64,000 nucleotides of DNA from positions 17,398,719 to 17,462,718 of the forward strand of contig NC_068986.1 in assembly GCF_001194135.2 (NCBI RefSeq), read 5' to 3'. How positions within the stretch are numbered: position 1 is the stretch's first letter; every line of letters starts with the position of its first letter. The stretch comes from Octopus bimaculoides. Its lineage: Eukaryota. Made by a program: the position numbers and the translations under genes. The notes beneath the pieces were generated by a model that saw only the letters and a list, made by a program, of their open reading frames with translations, was not told the origin of the DNA and searched no databases. Positions 62,625-64,000 of the stretch are shown piece by piece.

Positions 62625-62972
62625 TCGTGTCTGCTAGAAATGCCAGTAGCTCGCATTTACTCGCAATATATATATTTCAAGCGAACACAGTCACTGATTT
62701 TGCATCAAACAAAAGCTGGTTCTAAAATCTCTCAAAGAGATCAACGCAGTAGTTGTACTAACAAGTAATATTCGTAGCCACTTTAACATGACTGTCCGTT
62801 CGACCGGACTCTATTGGCTACGAATATTACTTGTCAGTGCAATTACTGCGTTGATGTCTTTGAGAGATTTTAGAACTAGCTTCTTTGTTTGATGCAAAAT
62901 CAGCGACTGTGAGTTCGTTTGAAATATATATATTGCATGCAGAAGCGAGCTGCTATCATCTCTAGCAGACGA
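62625..62972. repeat. Foldback hairpin / MITE-like element: about 155-bp arms, 34-bp spacer
   Basis: 62629-62780 is the reverse complement of 62815-62970 (…acaagtaatattcgtagcca / tggctacgaatattacttgt…). Confidence 0.92.
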
Positions 62973-63806
62973 GGAAGGAAAAGCATCGGAACAAAAAGCG
63001 CAAGTAATTTGTTTCCAATACCCTTACGATTCTGCAAGGCCACCATGTACTTTTTAAAAATAGAATTAGATTCTCAGAGGCATATTTCCAGATATTTGTT
63101 GTAAAGGATTTTGCCGATCGCATCAACACAAGAATTTTACTTTGTCATTTCAGACATGATAACATGCAGGGCTGATCTTTGTTATAATTGAACTTAGAGT
63201 GTACAGAAACGGAGCTAAACACCGTAAGCTATTTAGACTAATGCTCCAGCAACTCTGCCGAACCCACACCCTTTATAAATAGATGATAAAACTCTAATAA
63301 ATACGAATGTTTTCGAGTGATAAGATGCATTGAATAAGTAAGAATATTAATGCAGCTATAAATACATTTCGATAATTTATACTTTAAGATATACGCTGTA
63401 GATAGAGTAAATAATAATGAATTCATAATAATATTCACATCGACTACCAAAGATAAATAAATTGAATAAATACATGATATAGATTAATTTATCATTCGTG
63501 TAAGAGATTAAATGAATATAGTCATTAACTGAACTGATGTTAAATTGATTAACAAAAGTGCAAAATATAAATAAAGCTTTTCGTAAATTTACACCCTTTT
63601 AGAAGCGATTAAATTCCTCATTATATAAATAATAAATTTAAATTAGGAAATTTCGTAGCTTGCAATCGAGACGCACATACACAAATTAAAAGAATTTTCA
63701 ATGGGCTGTGATATTGCACATTTCGCTGATTAGGTATATCGTCATTGTTAAGAAGCTTATTGAAGAAATACTAACGAAAAAATAATTAATGTTAAATAAT
63801 ATAAAT

Positions 63807-63969
63807 AGGCGCAAGCGTGGCTATGTGATAAGAAGCTTACTTCCCAACCACATAGATCCGCGTTCAGTTCCTCTGCGTGGCGCCTTTGGCAAGTGTCTTC
63901 TACTGTAGCCTCGGGCCGACCAAAACCTTGTGAGTGGATTTGGTAGACGGACATTGAAAGAAGCCCATC

Positions 63970-64000
<31 letters not shown>
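63807..64000 (+). mobile_element. SINE family B 5' half plus (TA)n, cut by window end
   Basis: aggcgcaagcgtggctatgtgataagaagc...gcctcgggccgacc...aagcccatcgtatata. Confidence 0.9.

Overview
Eukaryotic, AT-rich, repeat-saturated draft-assembly DNA, most consistent with an octopus (coleoid cephalopod) genome; this is inferred from the SINE families and microsatellite load, not proven. About 6.6 kb is N in 19 gaps, 11 of them flanked by (TA)n. I recognise no complete host gene, rRNA, genuine tRNA or CRISPR array. Nearly all long ORFs in the track are artefacts of microsatellites or N runs. The window holds >30 copies of at least four tRNA-derived SINE families and decayed non-LTR retrotransposons: RTE, HERO-like, and five or six R4/Dong-like fragments with a restriction-like endonuclease (RLE), all on the minus strand and mostly abutting (TAA)n. 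It also holds an internally deleted DD37D (maT) Tc1/mariner element, Penelope-like ends, and two foldback structures (59036-60940, 62625-62972). The best host-coding candidate is a minus-strand terminal exon at 58027-58292 ending in a SOCS-box-like LPxP motif; other exon candidates are weak. The most interesting signals are mobile-element systems: a head-to-tail stack of (TAA)n-associated R4/Dong elements, a recurrent dimeric SINE with a fixed A-box junction, and a SINE carrying an internal hypervariable microsatellite. All family names come from motif recognition, not database searches.
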